Source: Oligoflexales bacterium (GTDB lineage: Bacteria > Bdellovibrionota_B > Oligoflexia > Oligoflexales > Bog-1112). Taken from it: 28,978 bases of DNA. Under the pieces are notes generated by a model. That model made no database searches. It saw only the letters and a program-made list of their open reading frames with translations, and was not told the DNA's origin. Both the position numbers and the translations under genes were made by a program. Location of the stretch: positions 1-28,978 of the forward strand of contig JBGCDR010000158.1 of NCBI GenBank assembly GCA_045105515.1. The letters are read 5' to 3'. How positions within the stretch are numbered: position 1 is the stretch's first letter; each line of letters opens with the position of its first letter. This document shows, in pieces, positions 8,636 to 18,486 of this stretch.

Positions 8636-11017
8636 ATGGCACAGAAACTTTCAGCGGCAGTAATTGGTCTAGGGCAAGCTGGCTCTAGGTTTGACGAAGA
8701 AGATAGGCGTGATATTTGGTCTCACGTGGGAGCGTACCTCCATTTACCAGACTCTTTTGATCTAGTAGCGTGTTCAGATCAAAGCGAGTTGTCGAGAGAA
8801 GCCTTTAGGAAGAGATGCCCACAAATACCTTGTTATTCTGATCACAAAGATCTTTTCAGGAATCATAGTATAGATGTTGTTAGTATTGCCACACCACCAG
8901 ATGTTAGATCCTCAATAGTCGGGGATATTGTATATCATGATGATCTCAAAGTAATAGTTCTGGAAAAACCAATGGCAAGCAGCCAGCGCGATAGAGAAGA
9001 AATAGTTAAGTTGATTAAAGATTTTAACAAGTCTTCTATTGTGCATTATAATAGGCGTTTTGCCGATATATATCAAATAATGAAAGAGAAGTTGCTGAGT
9101 GGATTGATAGGCGATATTACGAGCATCACTATAAGATATTCAAATAGATTGTTGAGTATAGGTTCACACGCATTAGATCTCTTATGTTTCCTTTGTGGAT
9201 CTGAATTTAAGTCTTATACAATACATTCAGTACCCGCTCTCTATCAAGATAGCGAGCCAGCGGTAGATTTCCTAGCAAATTTGAAAAATGGAGCCGTTGC
9301 CCGACTGCTCAATCATGGGAAAAAACACCTTGGTTTGTTTGAAGTAGATATCATTGGGTCAAATGGGCGTTTGGTAGCATCTCAAAACGGATCTCTGCTA
9401 ACTTATTTTAAATTCTTGCACTCGAAAGAGTATGCCGGCTATCTCGAAGAAAGTGAAGCACAAGTATTGGTAAAGAGGTCATCTCAAGAGTCGACCTTTA
9501 CCAAGATTATAATGGAAGCTGCGGAAGTAGCTTTGAAACGACGCTCACCTTCGCTCTCAGCTCTTGAAGCAGCAAATTCTGAAAAAATTCTTGATACTTT
9601 AGGAGAGTCTATGGATCGTACGTCTTCAGATAGCAAATGCCCGTTATTACCAGCAATTCTAGGAGGGGAGCCTATTAGGCAGACCTTCCACAAGATTACT
9701 CCTCATATCAATCATTGCGAGGAAGAGGCGGTACTTAAAACCCTAAGGAAATCAAGCCTATCACAATATATTGGTTCTGATAGCAAGGGGCTGGAGGCTC
9801 AGTTAGCTCTTTCTAGTAGATCCGCAAAAGAAATAAAAGCTGAGTGGCATTTTCTCGGAGGTCAAGAGGTACGTAATTTTAGTGCAGAGTTTGCAGATAA
9901 ACTTGGAGCGGAGTTTGCAATTCCTACAAACTCAGGTACCACAGCTATCACGACAGTGTTGGGAGCATTTGGTCTGGAGCCGGGCGATGAAGTTATCGTG
10001 CCTGCCATATCGTTTTCTGCAACAGCTACTGCCGTATTGAATTATAATTTAATTCCTGTTTTCGTCGATGTGGATAAGGACAACTTTTGTTTGTGCCCAA
10101 AGGAAATGGAGAAGAAAGTAGGGCCCAAAACTAAAGCTGTCATTGCAGTGCATCTGTTAGGAAATACACCTGATATGGATGCAGTGATGCAAGTAGCGGA
10201 TAAACACGGATTACTTGTCTTGGAGGACTGTGCCCAAGCCCCAGGGGTTAAGTGGCGTGATAAGTGTGTCGGGACTATCGGTCATGCAGGTGTTTTTAGC
10301 TTAACTCAATCGAAAAATATTACGACTGGGGAAGGTGGGATGATTCTCACTAATGATGCAGACATAGCAAGAAAATCTAGGCTAATTAGTAATCATGGTG
10401 AAGTTGTGATGAAAGATAGGCACTCTGATGAAGAGCTTGCAAATATTATTGGTACAAACTATCGGCTGACTGAAATAGCTGCAACTATTGGCCGAGAGCA
10501 ACTTAAAAAATTGGATAAAATTAATGAAATTAGAAATAAAAATGCAAGCTATTTAATCGAAAAAATGAAATCTAAGAAGGCATTGCATCCCCCGATGATA
10601 GATACAAGGACATCATGGGTTTGTCATGTTTTAGCTTTTAAATTTGATGAAGTGGAAGCCGGTTTGCCCAGAGATATATTTATCTCTGCACTTGAAAAAG
10701 AAGGCATTTATTGTGGTACTGGTTATCTTAGTACTCTTTACGACAAGCCTATATTTTTAAGGAAAATAGCCTTTGGTTCAAATGGAGATCCATGGACGAG
10801 CGCTAATTCTACGGTAGAATACAAGAAAGGAATGTGCCCGGTAGCAGAAAGGCTATTAGATAAAGAGTTTCTATGGTTTTATCAAATAGCATATCCAAAT
10901 AGTACAAAAGAAATGGACGAAATTTTTGATGGCATTGACAAGGTTCTAGCTAATGCAAAACAGATTTGGGCAAATGCCGAAAAGTGTGGAACCATGAAAC
11001 GACAAGGGAGGCTTTGA
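8636..11017 (+). CDS. Fused Gfo/Idh/MocA oxidoreductase (aa 1-325) and DegT/DnrJ/EryC1/StrS aminotransferase (aa 326-793)
   Basis: N-terminal half: VIGLGQAG, DVVSIATPP, LEKPMA, YNRRF, GSHALD. C-terminal half: NSGTTA, PGDEVIVP, PVFVDVD, LEDCAQA, SLTQSKNITTGEGG, NYRLTE. An internal SD and ATG occur at 9601-9613. Confidence 0.88.
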   Translation: MAQKLSAAVIGLGQAGSRFDEEDRRDIWSHVGAYLHLPDSFDLVACSDQSELSREAFRKRCPQIPCYSDHKDLFRNHSIDVVSIATPPDVRSSIVGDIVYHDDLKVIVLEKPMASSQRDREEIVKLIKDFNKSSIVHYNRRFADIYQIMKEKLLSGLIGDITSITIRYSNRLLSIGSHALDLLCFLCGSEFKSYTIHSVPALYQDSEPAVDFLANLKNGAVARLLNHGKKHLGLFEVDIIGSNGRLVASQNGSLLTYFKFLHSKEYAGYLEESEAQVLVKRSSQESTFTKIIMEAAEVALKRRSPSLSALEAANSEKILDTLGESMDRTSSDSKCPLLPAILGGEPIRQTFHKITPHINHCEEEAVLKTLRKSSLSQYIGSDSKGLEAQLALSSRSAKEIKAEWHFLGGQEVRNFSAEFADKLGAEFAIPTNSGTTAITTVLGAFGLEPGDEVIVPAISFSATATAVLNYNLIPVFVDVDKDNFCLCPKEMEKKVGPKTKAVIAVHLLGNTPDMDAVMQVADKHGLLVLEDCAQAPGVKWRDKCVGTIGHAGVFSLTQSKNITTGEGGMILTNDADIARKSRLISNHGEVVMKDRHSDEELANIIGTNYRLTEIAATIGREQLKKLDKINEIRNKNASYLIEKMKSKKALHPPMIDTRTSWVCHVLAFKFDEVEAGLPRDIFISALEKEGIYCGTGYLSTLYDKPIFLRKIAFGSNGDPWTSANSTVEYKKGMCPVAERLLDKEFLWFYQIAYPNSTKEMDEIFDGIDKVLANAKQIWANAEKCGTMKRQGRL

Positions 11018-11733
11018 TGGAAGTTGCTAAAATTATTGCAGTCATCCATGCCAGAGGGGGATCAAAGAGAATTCCTCTTAAGAACATAAAACCACTCAAT
11101 GGCACTCCACTAATTGTTTATTCAATAACTTCATGTCTGAAATCTAAGTATCTTGATCGAGTAATAGTTTCGACTGATCATGAACATATTAAAAGTATAT
11201 CACTTGGGGCAGGCGCTGAGGTGCCATTTGATAGACCAAAGGATTTGTCAGAAGATGTACCATCAGAATTGGTAACTAAACATGCTGTTGAATTTGTTGA
11301 AAATGAGCAAGGTGAAAAGATTGATATAGTTGTTACAATTCAACCAACGACACCTTTTTTTAGCGCGGAAGATATTGATGCAACTATAGAGCTCATCCGC
11401 AAATCTGATAAGTTTAATACTGCATTCACGGTTTCGAAAGTTTCAGAGAGGCCTGAGTGGATGTTTTATAAGTCTGGGGATCACCTTGTTTCTTATGAAA
11501 AAAATAAACTACAGGGAGATATAGGAGTTGTTCAAAGTTTGAAGGAATTGTGGCACCCTAATGGTGCAATCTACGTCACCCGACGCCCCACGCTTTTCGA
11601 AGGTGGGGTTTTAATTGATGATTCACCAGCTGGCCATGAGATGTCTCATGAAAGTTCAGTTGACATAGACGAACCTATAGACTTTTTATTCGCGGAATTT
11701 ATAGCTAAAAATCTAAATGAACATAAACTTTAA
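11017..11733 (+). CDS. neuA: Acylneuraminate (CMP-ulosonate) cytidylyltransferase
   Basis: IHARGGSKRIPLKNI, VIVSTD, RPKDLSED, QPTTPF, NGAIY, SVDIDEPIDF. The start overlaps the upstream stop (TGATG at 11015-11019), so 11017 is preferred over 10966. Confidence 0.9.
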   Translation: MEVAKIIAVIHARGGSKRIPLKNIKPLNGTPLIVYSITSCLKSKYLDRVIVSTDHEHIKSISLGAGAEVPFDRPKDLSEDVPSELVTKHAVEFVENEQGEKIDIVVTIQPTTPFFSAEDIDATIELIRKSDKFNTAFTVSKVSERPEWMFYKSGDHLVSYEKNKLQGDIGVVQSLKELWHPNGAIYVTRRPTLFEGGVLIDDSPAGHEMSHESSVDIDEPIDFLFAEFIAKNLNEHKL

Positions 11734-11768
11734 GAATTGTAACTCTAGCTGAACTAGGATAATTAGGT

Positions 11769-13172
11769 ATGGTGTTTCATTCTAACACATTTTTTGTTTA
11801 CATATCGCTGTTTTTATCTTTGTATTTCTTAATGAGACGATTAGGAAATACAGCTACAAAAGTTTATATATTGATTTTTAGCTATATATTTTATTCTTGG
11901 AGTTATCCACCCTACATTATCCTGCTTTTCTTGAGTACAATGGTCGATTTTATCGTTGGAAAGAAGATATATTTTGAACAAAGCATACAAAGAAGAAAGA
12001 TATATTTAACAATTAGTTTAGCTTTGAATCTAGGATTGCTTGGTTTCTTTAAATATACAAACTTTTTCTTAGATAATATAGCTAATCTTTTCACTATTGA
12101 AAAAGATTATATCGATATTATACTGCCCGTAGGAATTTCTTTTTTTACTTTTCAGAGTATGTCTTATACGATTGACGTGTATAGAAAAGTTATTAAATAC
12201 GAAGAATCATTTTTAGATTTTGCAGTCTACATCTCATTTTTCCCACAATTAGTAGCTGGTCCTATTGTATTGGCGAAAGACTTCTTAATTCAGCTTAAAG
12301 ATAGCAGAAATATTGATCTAAATTCAGTGTTCAGCGGTTTTTATCTGATTATATTGGGGTATTTTTTAAAGTCAGTTGTAGCCGATAATCTTTCTGTTGG
12401 CGCTGATAACTTTTTTATGAGTCCTTCAAATTTTAATCTTATTGAATCATGGTATTATTTATATTCCTATGCTTTTCAGATCTTTGGCGATTTCGCAGGA
12501 TATTCATATATAGCAATTGGTATAGCTAAAATAATTGGATATCAATTACCAACTAATTTTAATTACCCGTATCTTGCTACTTCTATTACCGACTTTTGGA
12601 GAAGGTGGCATATATCTCTTTCTACTTGGCTAAAAAACTATCTATATATATCTCTTGGTGGAAACCGGATAAGCCCAGCCAGAACTAGCCTCAATCTGAT
12701 GATTACGATGCTGTTGGGGGGGCTTTGGCATGGTGCTAATTGGAACTTTGTTATCTGGGGTGGAATCCATGGCTTAGCTTTGGTGGTAGATAAAAAAATG
12801 GTTTTATTAGCACCAAGTTACTACAATTCAAGTAACCTAGTTGTAAAGTCATTTCAGATATTCATAACGTTCAATATTGTATGCTTGTCATGGATTTTTT
12901 TTCGAACTCAAGATATAACTCATTCTATACAGGTTCTAAATGCACTTTTTCTCAACGAGAATGGAATATTGATACCCCATCTTTTAGGAAGAGTAGCATT
13001 TTTTCTTGGAGTAAGTGTTTATGTATTCGTTGCAATTGATAGCTATCTTAAATCCTACAAAATAGTTCGGCAATTCCAGTTCGTCTTTTATTCTGCAGCA
13101 GTTCTGCTCATGTTTGTCCTAAGCTTGGGTTTAGGTATGAGGTCAAGCAGTTTTATTTATTTTCAATTTTAA
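11769..13172 (+). CDS. MBOAT family O-acyltransferase (AlgI/DltB-like)
   Basis: LPVGISFFTFQSMSYTIDVY, FFPQLVAGPI, DFAGYS, NFNYPY, FWRRWHISLSTWLKNYLYI, GLWHGANWNF; polytopic membrane protein. Confidence 0.95.
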   Translation: MVFHSNTFFVYISLFLSLYFLMRRLGNTATKVYILIFSYIFYSWSYPPYIILLFLSTMVDFIVGKKIYFEQSIQRRKIYLTISLALNLGLLGFFKYTNFFLDNIANLFTIEKDYIDIILPVGISFFTFQSMSYTIDVYRKVIKYEESFLDFAVYISFFPQLVAGPIVLAKDFLIQLKDSRNIDLNSVFSGFYLIILGYFLKSVVADNLSVGADNFFMSPSNFNLIESWYYLYSYAFQIFGDFAGYSYIAIGIAKIIGYQLPTNFNYPYLATSITDFWRRWHISLSTWLKNYLYISLGGNRISPARTSLNLMITMLLGGLWHGANWNFVIWGGIHGLALVVDKKMVLLAPSYYNSSNLVVKSFQIFITFNIVCLSWIFFRTQDITHSIQVLNALFLNENGILIPHLLGRVAFFLGVSVYVFVAIDSYLKSYKIVRQFQFVFYSAAVLLMFVLSLGLGMRSSSFIYFQF

Positions 13173-13184
13173 AAGAGTAAAAAA

Positions 13185-14195
13185 ATGAGATATTTCACTG
13201 TTTTTATTTTATTCCTAGGAATAATAGGTTTTCTGCAGATAAAAACATCGGCAGAAAGGAATATAAAATATTTTTATCCAGATTGGTACAGAATTTCTAA
13301 AAACCTAAATGAAGCTGCAAAAGAAGGCATTAGTAATGTGGGTTTGATAGTTGGTAATTCTTATACCTATACGGGTGTAAACCCGGTATTATTGGATCGG
13401 AGTGATATTAAGTATTATAACCTGGCAAGGGGGGGGACCTCTTCAGTAGAATCAATGATTTGGTTGATTAGAAATAAGGTTTTTCCCAATCAGCTTCTTA
13501 TAGAGTTAAATTCCACACATCTCAGTGATCGCTATTTTGGAAAATTTTCTGCAACTCCCACAAATAATCAAGATAAATGGTTTGATATTTTTAAGAAGGG
13601 AATTGAGATTGACTTAAGGTATTTTAGTTCGAGATATCTACCTTTTGTTAATTATCGTATTAATGCAATTGAAATCATTAAAGTTCTCAGAGCTGGCGGT
13701 CTTTACAAGCTGATACAATATATGTTTTTGCCTGATAAAAGAACGGTAGAACATTTTAAGAAAGTTCGTGTAAAGCATATTGATAAAGGATTTATGGAAG
13801 ATCATCGTGTTTTTACCAAAAAAGAGATCGAGGAAAGAATCGAAGAGCATACCTCAGATCTTGATACATATGCAGATAAAGTACCTTATTCAAAATATAC
13901 GGCAAAGATTCTAACGCAGTTGTCAGAACAATTTTATAACAATGGCACAAGAGTCATTTTTTTTAGGCTTCCTAAAAATGAGGCCATTATTAGTACTGAA
14001 AACGAGGTACTTTTTCATCAGTTTGAGATGGCAAGAAGTCTAGCTCGTGATAATGCTAAAGTTGATTATCTAGATATGACTGACAAGTCAATATTGAAAA
14101 TATTTACTAGCGGTCTAAGTGATGGCGCTCATTGGCTTCCTGAAGGAGCAGCAAGAATATCGGCATTCTTTGCAAAGAAACTTGAAACGATTTGA
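13185..14195 (+). CDS. Membrane-anchored SGNH-like acyltransferase partner (AlgJ/DltD-like)
   Basis: N-terminal hydrophobic anchor, IVGNS (block I), YNLARGG (block II), DGAH (DxxH). Starts 12 nt after the MBOAT gene. Confidence 0.75.
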   Translation: MRYFTVFILFLGIIGFLQIKTSAERNIKYFYPDWYRISKNLNEAAKEGISNVGLIVGNSYTYTGVNPVLLDRSDIKYYNLARGGTSSVESMIWLIRNKVFPNQLLIELNSTHLSDRYFGKFSATPTNNQDKWFDIFKKGIEIDLRYFSSRYLPFVNYRINAIEIIKVLRAGGLYKLIQYMFLPDKRTVEHFKKVRVKHIDKGFMEDHRVFTKKEIEERIEEHTSDLDTYADKVPYSKYTAKILTQLSEQFYNNGTRVIFFRLPKNEAIISTENEVLFHQFEMARSLARDNAKVDYLDMTDKSILKIFTSGLSDGAHWLPEGAARISAFFAKKLETI

Positions 14196-14216
14196 TTTCT
14201 CAGAGTTCCTATATAT

Positions 14217-15233
14217 CTATTGCTCAGTCTTAATTTTTACTACGGCCCTGATCATAGCTCCTGTATTTCCATATGAAAAATACTCGTGTTTAAGCATTTC
14301 ATGAAATGCTGGTTCCATTAGTTTTCTTCTAATTTTCAACAACGCATTTGATAAGGGTAATTTTTTTATTTGATCTACGAAAATCTTTCTTAGTTTATGA
14401 TCTCTCCTTTTTTTAGGAATTGGATTGGTTTTTTTAGGTATTGCCGTACTAAAATTCCCACCATATGATAGAAACTTAATCTCAAAGTTACTGTGTAATA
14501 ATCTCCTCAATGAATTTTCAGAGAAGAAACTTAGGTGCGGTATAAGATTGCGATTTGAACTTAATACCTCGTCGTGTTGGTATGGTACCTCAATGAGGAG
14601 TATTCCATCCTTATTTAATATGGACTTAATTCCCAAAAGAAACTGACTTAATTCGTCGGGCTGAAAGTGTTCTAGAACATGTGACATTAGGATGAAGTCG
14701 AACCTCTTTTCTATTTTTTCGAAGTTTTCCATATTTAAAGGAAAAGCGTATAGGCTGCAACCCATAGATTCCAGAGAAGAGTGAGAATGAGCATCAGGTT
14801 CCCATGCGTGAGTATGAACATTATTGAATAATTTATCTGCTGCTAGTATAGCCATCCCCGGTCCACTCCCTATATCAAGGAAGTTTATATGTTTAGCATT
14901 CCCATTAAGCTTGAGAAACTGTTTGCCAAGCATTAGCTGAGAGATAGCTCTAATGCCATATTTGCTTTTAAGTGAAATGTCGTTTAACTGGATGCTAGCA
15001 AAATTTCCTCTTGAACGATATGTGTTTTTATAATAGTTATCAAGCTTTTTAGGATCAATATGGGGAGTGGTAAAGTAGTAATCACATTTACTGCAATGTT
15101 GAATTTGCAATTGAGAAAACAAGTCATCGTTGGCCCTTTTGGAACTAGCATTATATATTTTAGCAGAGGGTTGTAATGCTGATAAGCAGGCTGGACAGCC
15201 TAAGATGCTAGTATTACTTTCTGCTGAAATCAT
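14217..15233 (-). CDS. Class I SAM-dependent methyltransferase with N-terminal Cys4 domain
   Basis: CPAC...CSKC, FLDIGSGPG, FDFILMSHVLEHF, LIEVP, PHLSFF. Confidence 0.9.
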   Translation of the reverse strand: MISAESNTSILGCPACLSALQPSAKIYNASSKRANDDLFSQLQIQHCSKCDYYFTTPHIDPKKLDNYYKNTYRSRGNFASIQLNDISLKSKYGIRAISQLMLGKQFLKLNGNAKHINFLDIGSGPGMAILAADKLFNNVHTHAWEPDAHSHSSLESMGCSLYAFPLNMENFEKIEKRFDFILMSHVLEHFQPDELSQFLLGIKSILNKDGILLIEVPYQHDEVLSSNRNLIPHLSFFSENSLRRLLHSNFEIKFLSYGGNFSTAIPKKTNPIPKKRRDHKLRKIFVDQIKKLPLSNALLKIRRKLMEPAFHEMLKHEYFSYGNTGAMIRAVVKIKTEQ

Positions 15234-15324
15234 GTTAGTTTTCCTTTTAATCTATTATTTTGCGGATTGTAGAGTTAAAATGGCAAAATATGATTATCTT
15301 AATATATGGTAAGTCAGAATTATT

Positions 15325-15978
15325 TTAAATCCGATATTCAGTAATTTTTTCTTTGGCAGGTACGCCATAAACTGTAACCCCTGATGGAACATTCTTTGTT
15401 ACAACCGAACCAGCCGCAATAATTGAGTTTCGCCCAATATCTTTGCATTGAAGAATAGTGCACCCTGTCCCAATTAGACATCCAGAATCAATATTTACCC
15501 CTCCTGAAATATTCACTCCTGGGTTAATTACGCAGTAGTCACCTACGTTGAGATCATGTCCATAAGTACTGCTTCTGTTTAAATAGTTAAACGAACCAAT
15601 TTTGATATCTGTCGTGAAAATATTTCCCGCGGTAACTATATTACCTTTTCCTAATGTTAGCCTATCTGCATCCCAAATAGTACCGGGATGAATAAGATTC
15701 GGAAATTTTAGTTTTTTGTTTTGAGATAGCTTTTTAGCTACTTTCTCTATAATTTTTGGATCACCTATTCCAATTGCTAAATTTAAGTGATCTTTTTCGA
15801 GAAGATCATCTTCTTTGTAGCATATTCTGTATTTTCCGACCATTTTTCCAATGTTAATATCTGATAGTTCGGCAAATCCGAGAATATTATACATTGGACG
15901 TAACCTATTTATCTGCTCTAGTAGAAAAGCTACTTCTTTAGCCGCACCACCTGCTCCTATAATTATTAAATCTTCCAT
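15325..15978 (-). CDS. neuD: Sugar O/N-acetyltransferase, NeuD/PglD hexapeptide-repeat family
   Basis: IIIGAGGAAKEV, IGIGDP, PNLIHP, left-handed beta-helix hexapeptide repeats, GHD, AGSVVTKNVP...GVPAK. Follows neuC. Confidence 0.88.
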   Translation of the reverse strand: MEDLIIIGAGGAAKEVAFLLEQINRLRPMYNILGFAELSDINIGKMVGKYRICYKEDDLLEKDHLNLAIGIGDPKIIEKVAKKLSQNKKLKFPNLIHPGTIWDADRLTLGKGNIVTAGNIFTTDIKIGSFNYLNRSSTYGHDLNVGDYCVINPGVNISGGVNIDSGCLIGTGCTILQCKDIGRNSIIAAGSVVTKNVPSGVTVYGVPAKEKITEYRI

Positions 15979-15992
15979 ATGTTCGCCTAGAT

Positions 15993-17156
15993 TTACCTAT
16001 TGAGGTTCATAAATCGCTTATTCAATAATGAGTCGCCATTTTTTAAATTTGAGATTATTTCATGAATTTTAGAAGATGTATCGCCTGAACCATAAATATT
16101 CTTGATATTCTGGCATTTGTTTAAATGTTCAGGTGCTAATGCAGTATTTATTGTGTTGAATATTTCAGGAACTGAATATCCAGTTTCCAATACATTTTGT
16201 GTTTTGATTCGTCCTTTCTGTCGAGTACCGATATCTACTGCTGGAACTTTATAGTATAAGGATTCGAGAATTCCGCTAGAAGAATTGCCTACCATAGCTG
16301 TTGCATGACTAATGGCTGAAAGGTAGCCCTCTGTTCCGAAATTGTTGACCAAATGGGCATTATCATTACTTTTTATATAATTTTTAATCTCTTTTGATAT
16401 TGTCGCCCCGTATGTGTCATTATTGGGGGCTGTAAATATTTTTTGAATATTAAATTTCTTTAGAGCTGTTAAAAGATTATTAACGTATGTTTGAGTTTGG
16501 TCTAACTCTTTGGTTACTGGGTGGAAAGTAATTAGTAGATATTCTTCTTTGAATTCAAAATTATAGCGCTCACTTAGTTCCGCAAGAGAAAGTGGATTTA
16601 GATTCAAAACATTTTCACAACTTAATGCACCAACATTAAAAATTCTATGTTGTTCAACCCCAAGTTGAGTAACCCTTCTTGCATATTCATCTGTGCTAAC
16701 AAAATGAAGGTGACTCATCATTGTCAAGGAATGTCTAATAGCGTCATCAAAAGCGCCTTCAGTTAACTCGCCTCCATGTATATGGGCAATTGGAATATTA
16801 AAAGGTAAGCTGGCAATAGCTGCAGACATAATTTCAAATCTATCACCTAAAAGCACCAAAATATCACATGGGTCGTTGGCAAACAAATCTGCAAAACCGA
16901 CAATACCTAGGCCAATGGATTTTGAAGTACCTTCTTTCGAGTGAGAAGCAAGTAAAGTATCAATTTTTCTGTATATAGGAAATTGGTCTTCGATAATACC
17001 ATTTATTGTGTAGCCTTGGTCAGGGCAAAGATGGCTACCGGTGACACATAGCTGCAAATTTAGATTAGGGTCAGTATAAATTCTAGATATCAGTGGCTTG
17101 AGTAATCCATATTCGGCTCGAGAGCCGGTAATGACTCCAACGGTTCGCTTACTCAT
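15993..17156 (-). CDS. neuC: Hydrolysing NDP-N-acetylhexosamine 2-epimerase (NeuC/LegG)
   Basis: TGSRAEYGLL, VTGSHL, LGDRFE, HIHGGELTEGAFDDAIRH, TFHPVT, GNSSSG, GTRQKGR, YGSG. Confidence 0.95.
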   Translation of the reverse strand: MSKRTVGVITGSRAEYGLLKPLISRIYTDPNLNLQLCVTGSHLCPDQGYTINGIIEDQFPIYRKIDTLLASHSKEGTSKSIGLGIVGFADLFANDPCDILVLLGDRFEIMSAAIASLPFNIPIAHIHGGELTEGAFDDAIRHSLTMMSHLHFVSTDEYARRVTQLGVEQHRIFNVGALSCENVLNLNPLSLAELSERYNFEFKEEYLLITFHPVTKELDQTQTYVNNLLTALKKFNIQKIFTAPNNDTYGATISKEIKNYIKSNDNAHLVNNFGTEGYLSAISHATAMVGNSSSGILESLYYKVPAVDIGTRQKGRIKTQNVLETGYSVPEIFNTINTALAPEHLNKCQNIKNIYGSGDTSSKIHEIISNLKNGDSLLNKRFMNLNR

Positions 17157-18190
17157 AATAGATCATCTCTATTGATTAATTGATCCGAACCAATCTTTTT
17201 CTTGGTAGTACGACCTAGTAAATTTGGTAAGTTGATGGGTTCGATTCCGGTACCAGGACGCTTAATTTTCAGCATAGATTCATCTAATACTATGCCTTTT
17301 TCTATTTCTCGGCAGGCCACAATACTTTTCCTTGATTTAGCACGGACGTCTAGTTCACACTCTGTTGGAACTTTTACCCCATCTCCAAGCGCCGACTCGA
17401 TTGATCTTATCCCTTGTACGAGATCAAAGAGTTCATTTGGCTCCAATGAACAAGCATGATCTGGACCTTTTTGTCGTCGGTTTTCGGTAAAGTGTTTTTC
17501 GATTATACACGCGCCCCTTGCCACGGCAGCAAACGAAATTAGATTACCCATGTGATGATCGGAATAGCCTACTGGGATATTAAAAGCTTGTTTCAAGGTG
17601 TCGAGGCATCGTAGGTTTGAATATTTAGATTCAGCGGGATAAGAACTAACGCAATGAAGCAGAGCAAAATCTGTTCGCCTGTGATTCTGCATGATCTGAA
17701 TGGCTTGATCTACCTCGCCAAGAGTGCTCATTCCAGTCGAAATAATTAGAAACTTACCTTTTTTTGCTAGGAAATCTAATAAGGGTGTATTTGTCAGTTC
17801 ACCAGATCCAAGTTTAATGATTTCTAGCCCCATTTTAAATAAGAATTCAGCGCTGCTTTTGTCAAAGGGAGAGGATATAAATATTATGCCCCTAGATTTG
17901 CAGTGCTCCTGTATCTTCTCAAAATCTGAAAATGGTAATGCTAAGTCTTTTATCATTTCCAGCATAGAGTTACTATGATCACCATCTAGTTTCTGATAAT
18001 TCGCTTTTTGAGCAACTGAAGATACCACTTCACCCGGTATAAATGTTTGGAACTTAACAGCATTTGCTCCTGCTTCGACGGCGATATCTACCAATTTAAG
18101 TGCTTTATTTAGGTCTCCATTATGATTAACTCCAGCTTCTGCAATTATAAAGCAAGCATGGTTCGGACCAATTTTTATGGGTTTATCCAC
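17153..18190 (-). CDS. neuB: Nonulosonic acid synthase (NeuB/LegI type) with C-terminal SAF/antifreeze-like domain
   Basis: FIIAEAGVNHNGD, VKFQTF, KLGSGELTN, STGM, LHCVSSYP, GYSDH, IEKHFT, GPDH and a SAF domain containing KRPGTG. GTG start preceded by GGAG. Confidence 0.95.
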   Translation of the reverse strand: MDKPIKIGPNHACFIIAEAGVNHNGDLNKALKLVDIAVEAGANAVKFQTFIPGEVVSSVAQKANYQKLDGDHSNSMLEMIKDLALPFSDFEKIQEHCKSRGIIFISSPFDKSSAEFLFKMGLEIIKLGSGELTNTPLLDFLAKKGKFLIISTGMSTLGEVDQAIQIMQNHRRTDFALLHCVSSYPAESKYSNLRCLDTLKQAFNIPVGYSDHHMGNLISFAAVARGACIIEKHFTENRRQKGPDHACSLEPNELFDLVQGIRSIESALGDGVKVPTECELDVRAKSRKSIVACREIEKGIVLDESMLKIKRPGTGIEPINLPNLLGRTTKKKIGSDQLINRDDLL

Positions 18191-18486
18191 CGTAAAAACT
18201 CCGCCTTCATATTATGATTTCGATTCACCAAGCATATCTTTAGTGAATTAAATTTGCTAGCGTATATTCAATTGGCTACATTTGCGGAATAGTCGAAAAA
18301 AACTTTGTAGCAGTAAAATGCTGGAGTCATTGAGATACTAGTTAAATTTAATTGTATGATCATCAATTGATGACTATGATATTTTAGATAAATTCAAATG
18401 AATCTCAGTAAGTCTTTATTCGGCCGATTTTATACCCGGATTTACAAACAATTTTGGTGAATGTTGGCTTTTAAAATGGAGTGGTC

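Noticed and set aside
10966..11016. N-terminal extension of neuA from the track's TTG start
   Set aside because: It overlaps the upstream gene by about 50 nt. The ATG at 11017 has a TGATG overlap and an upstream GGAG and gives a typical NeuA N-terminus.
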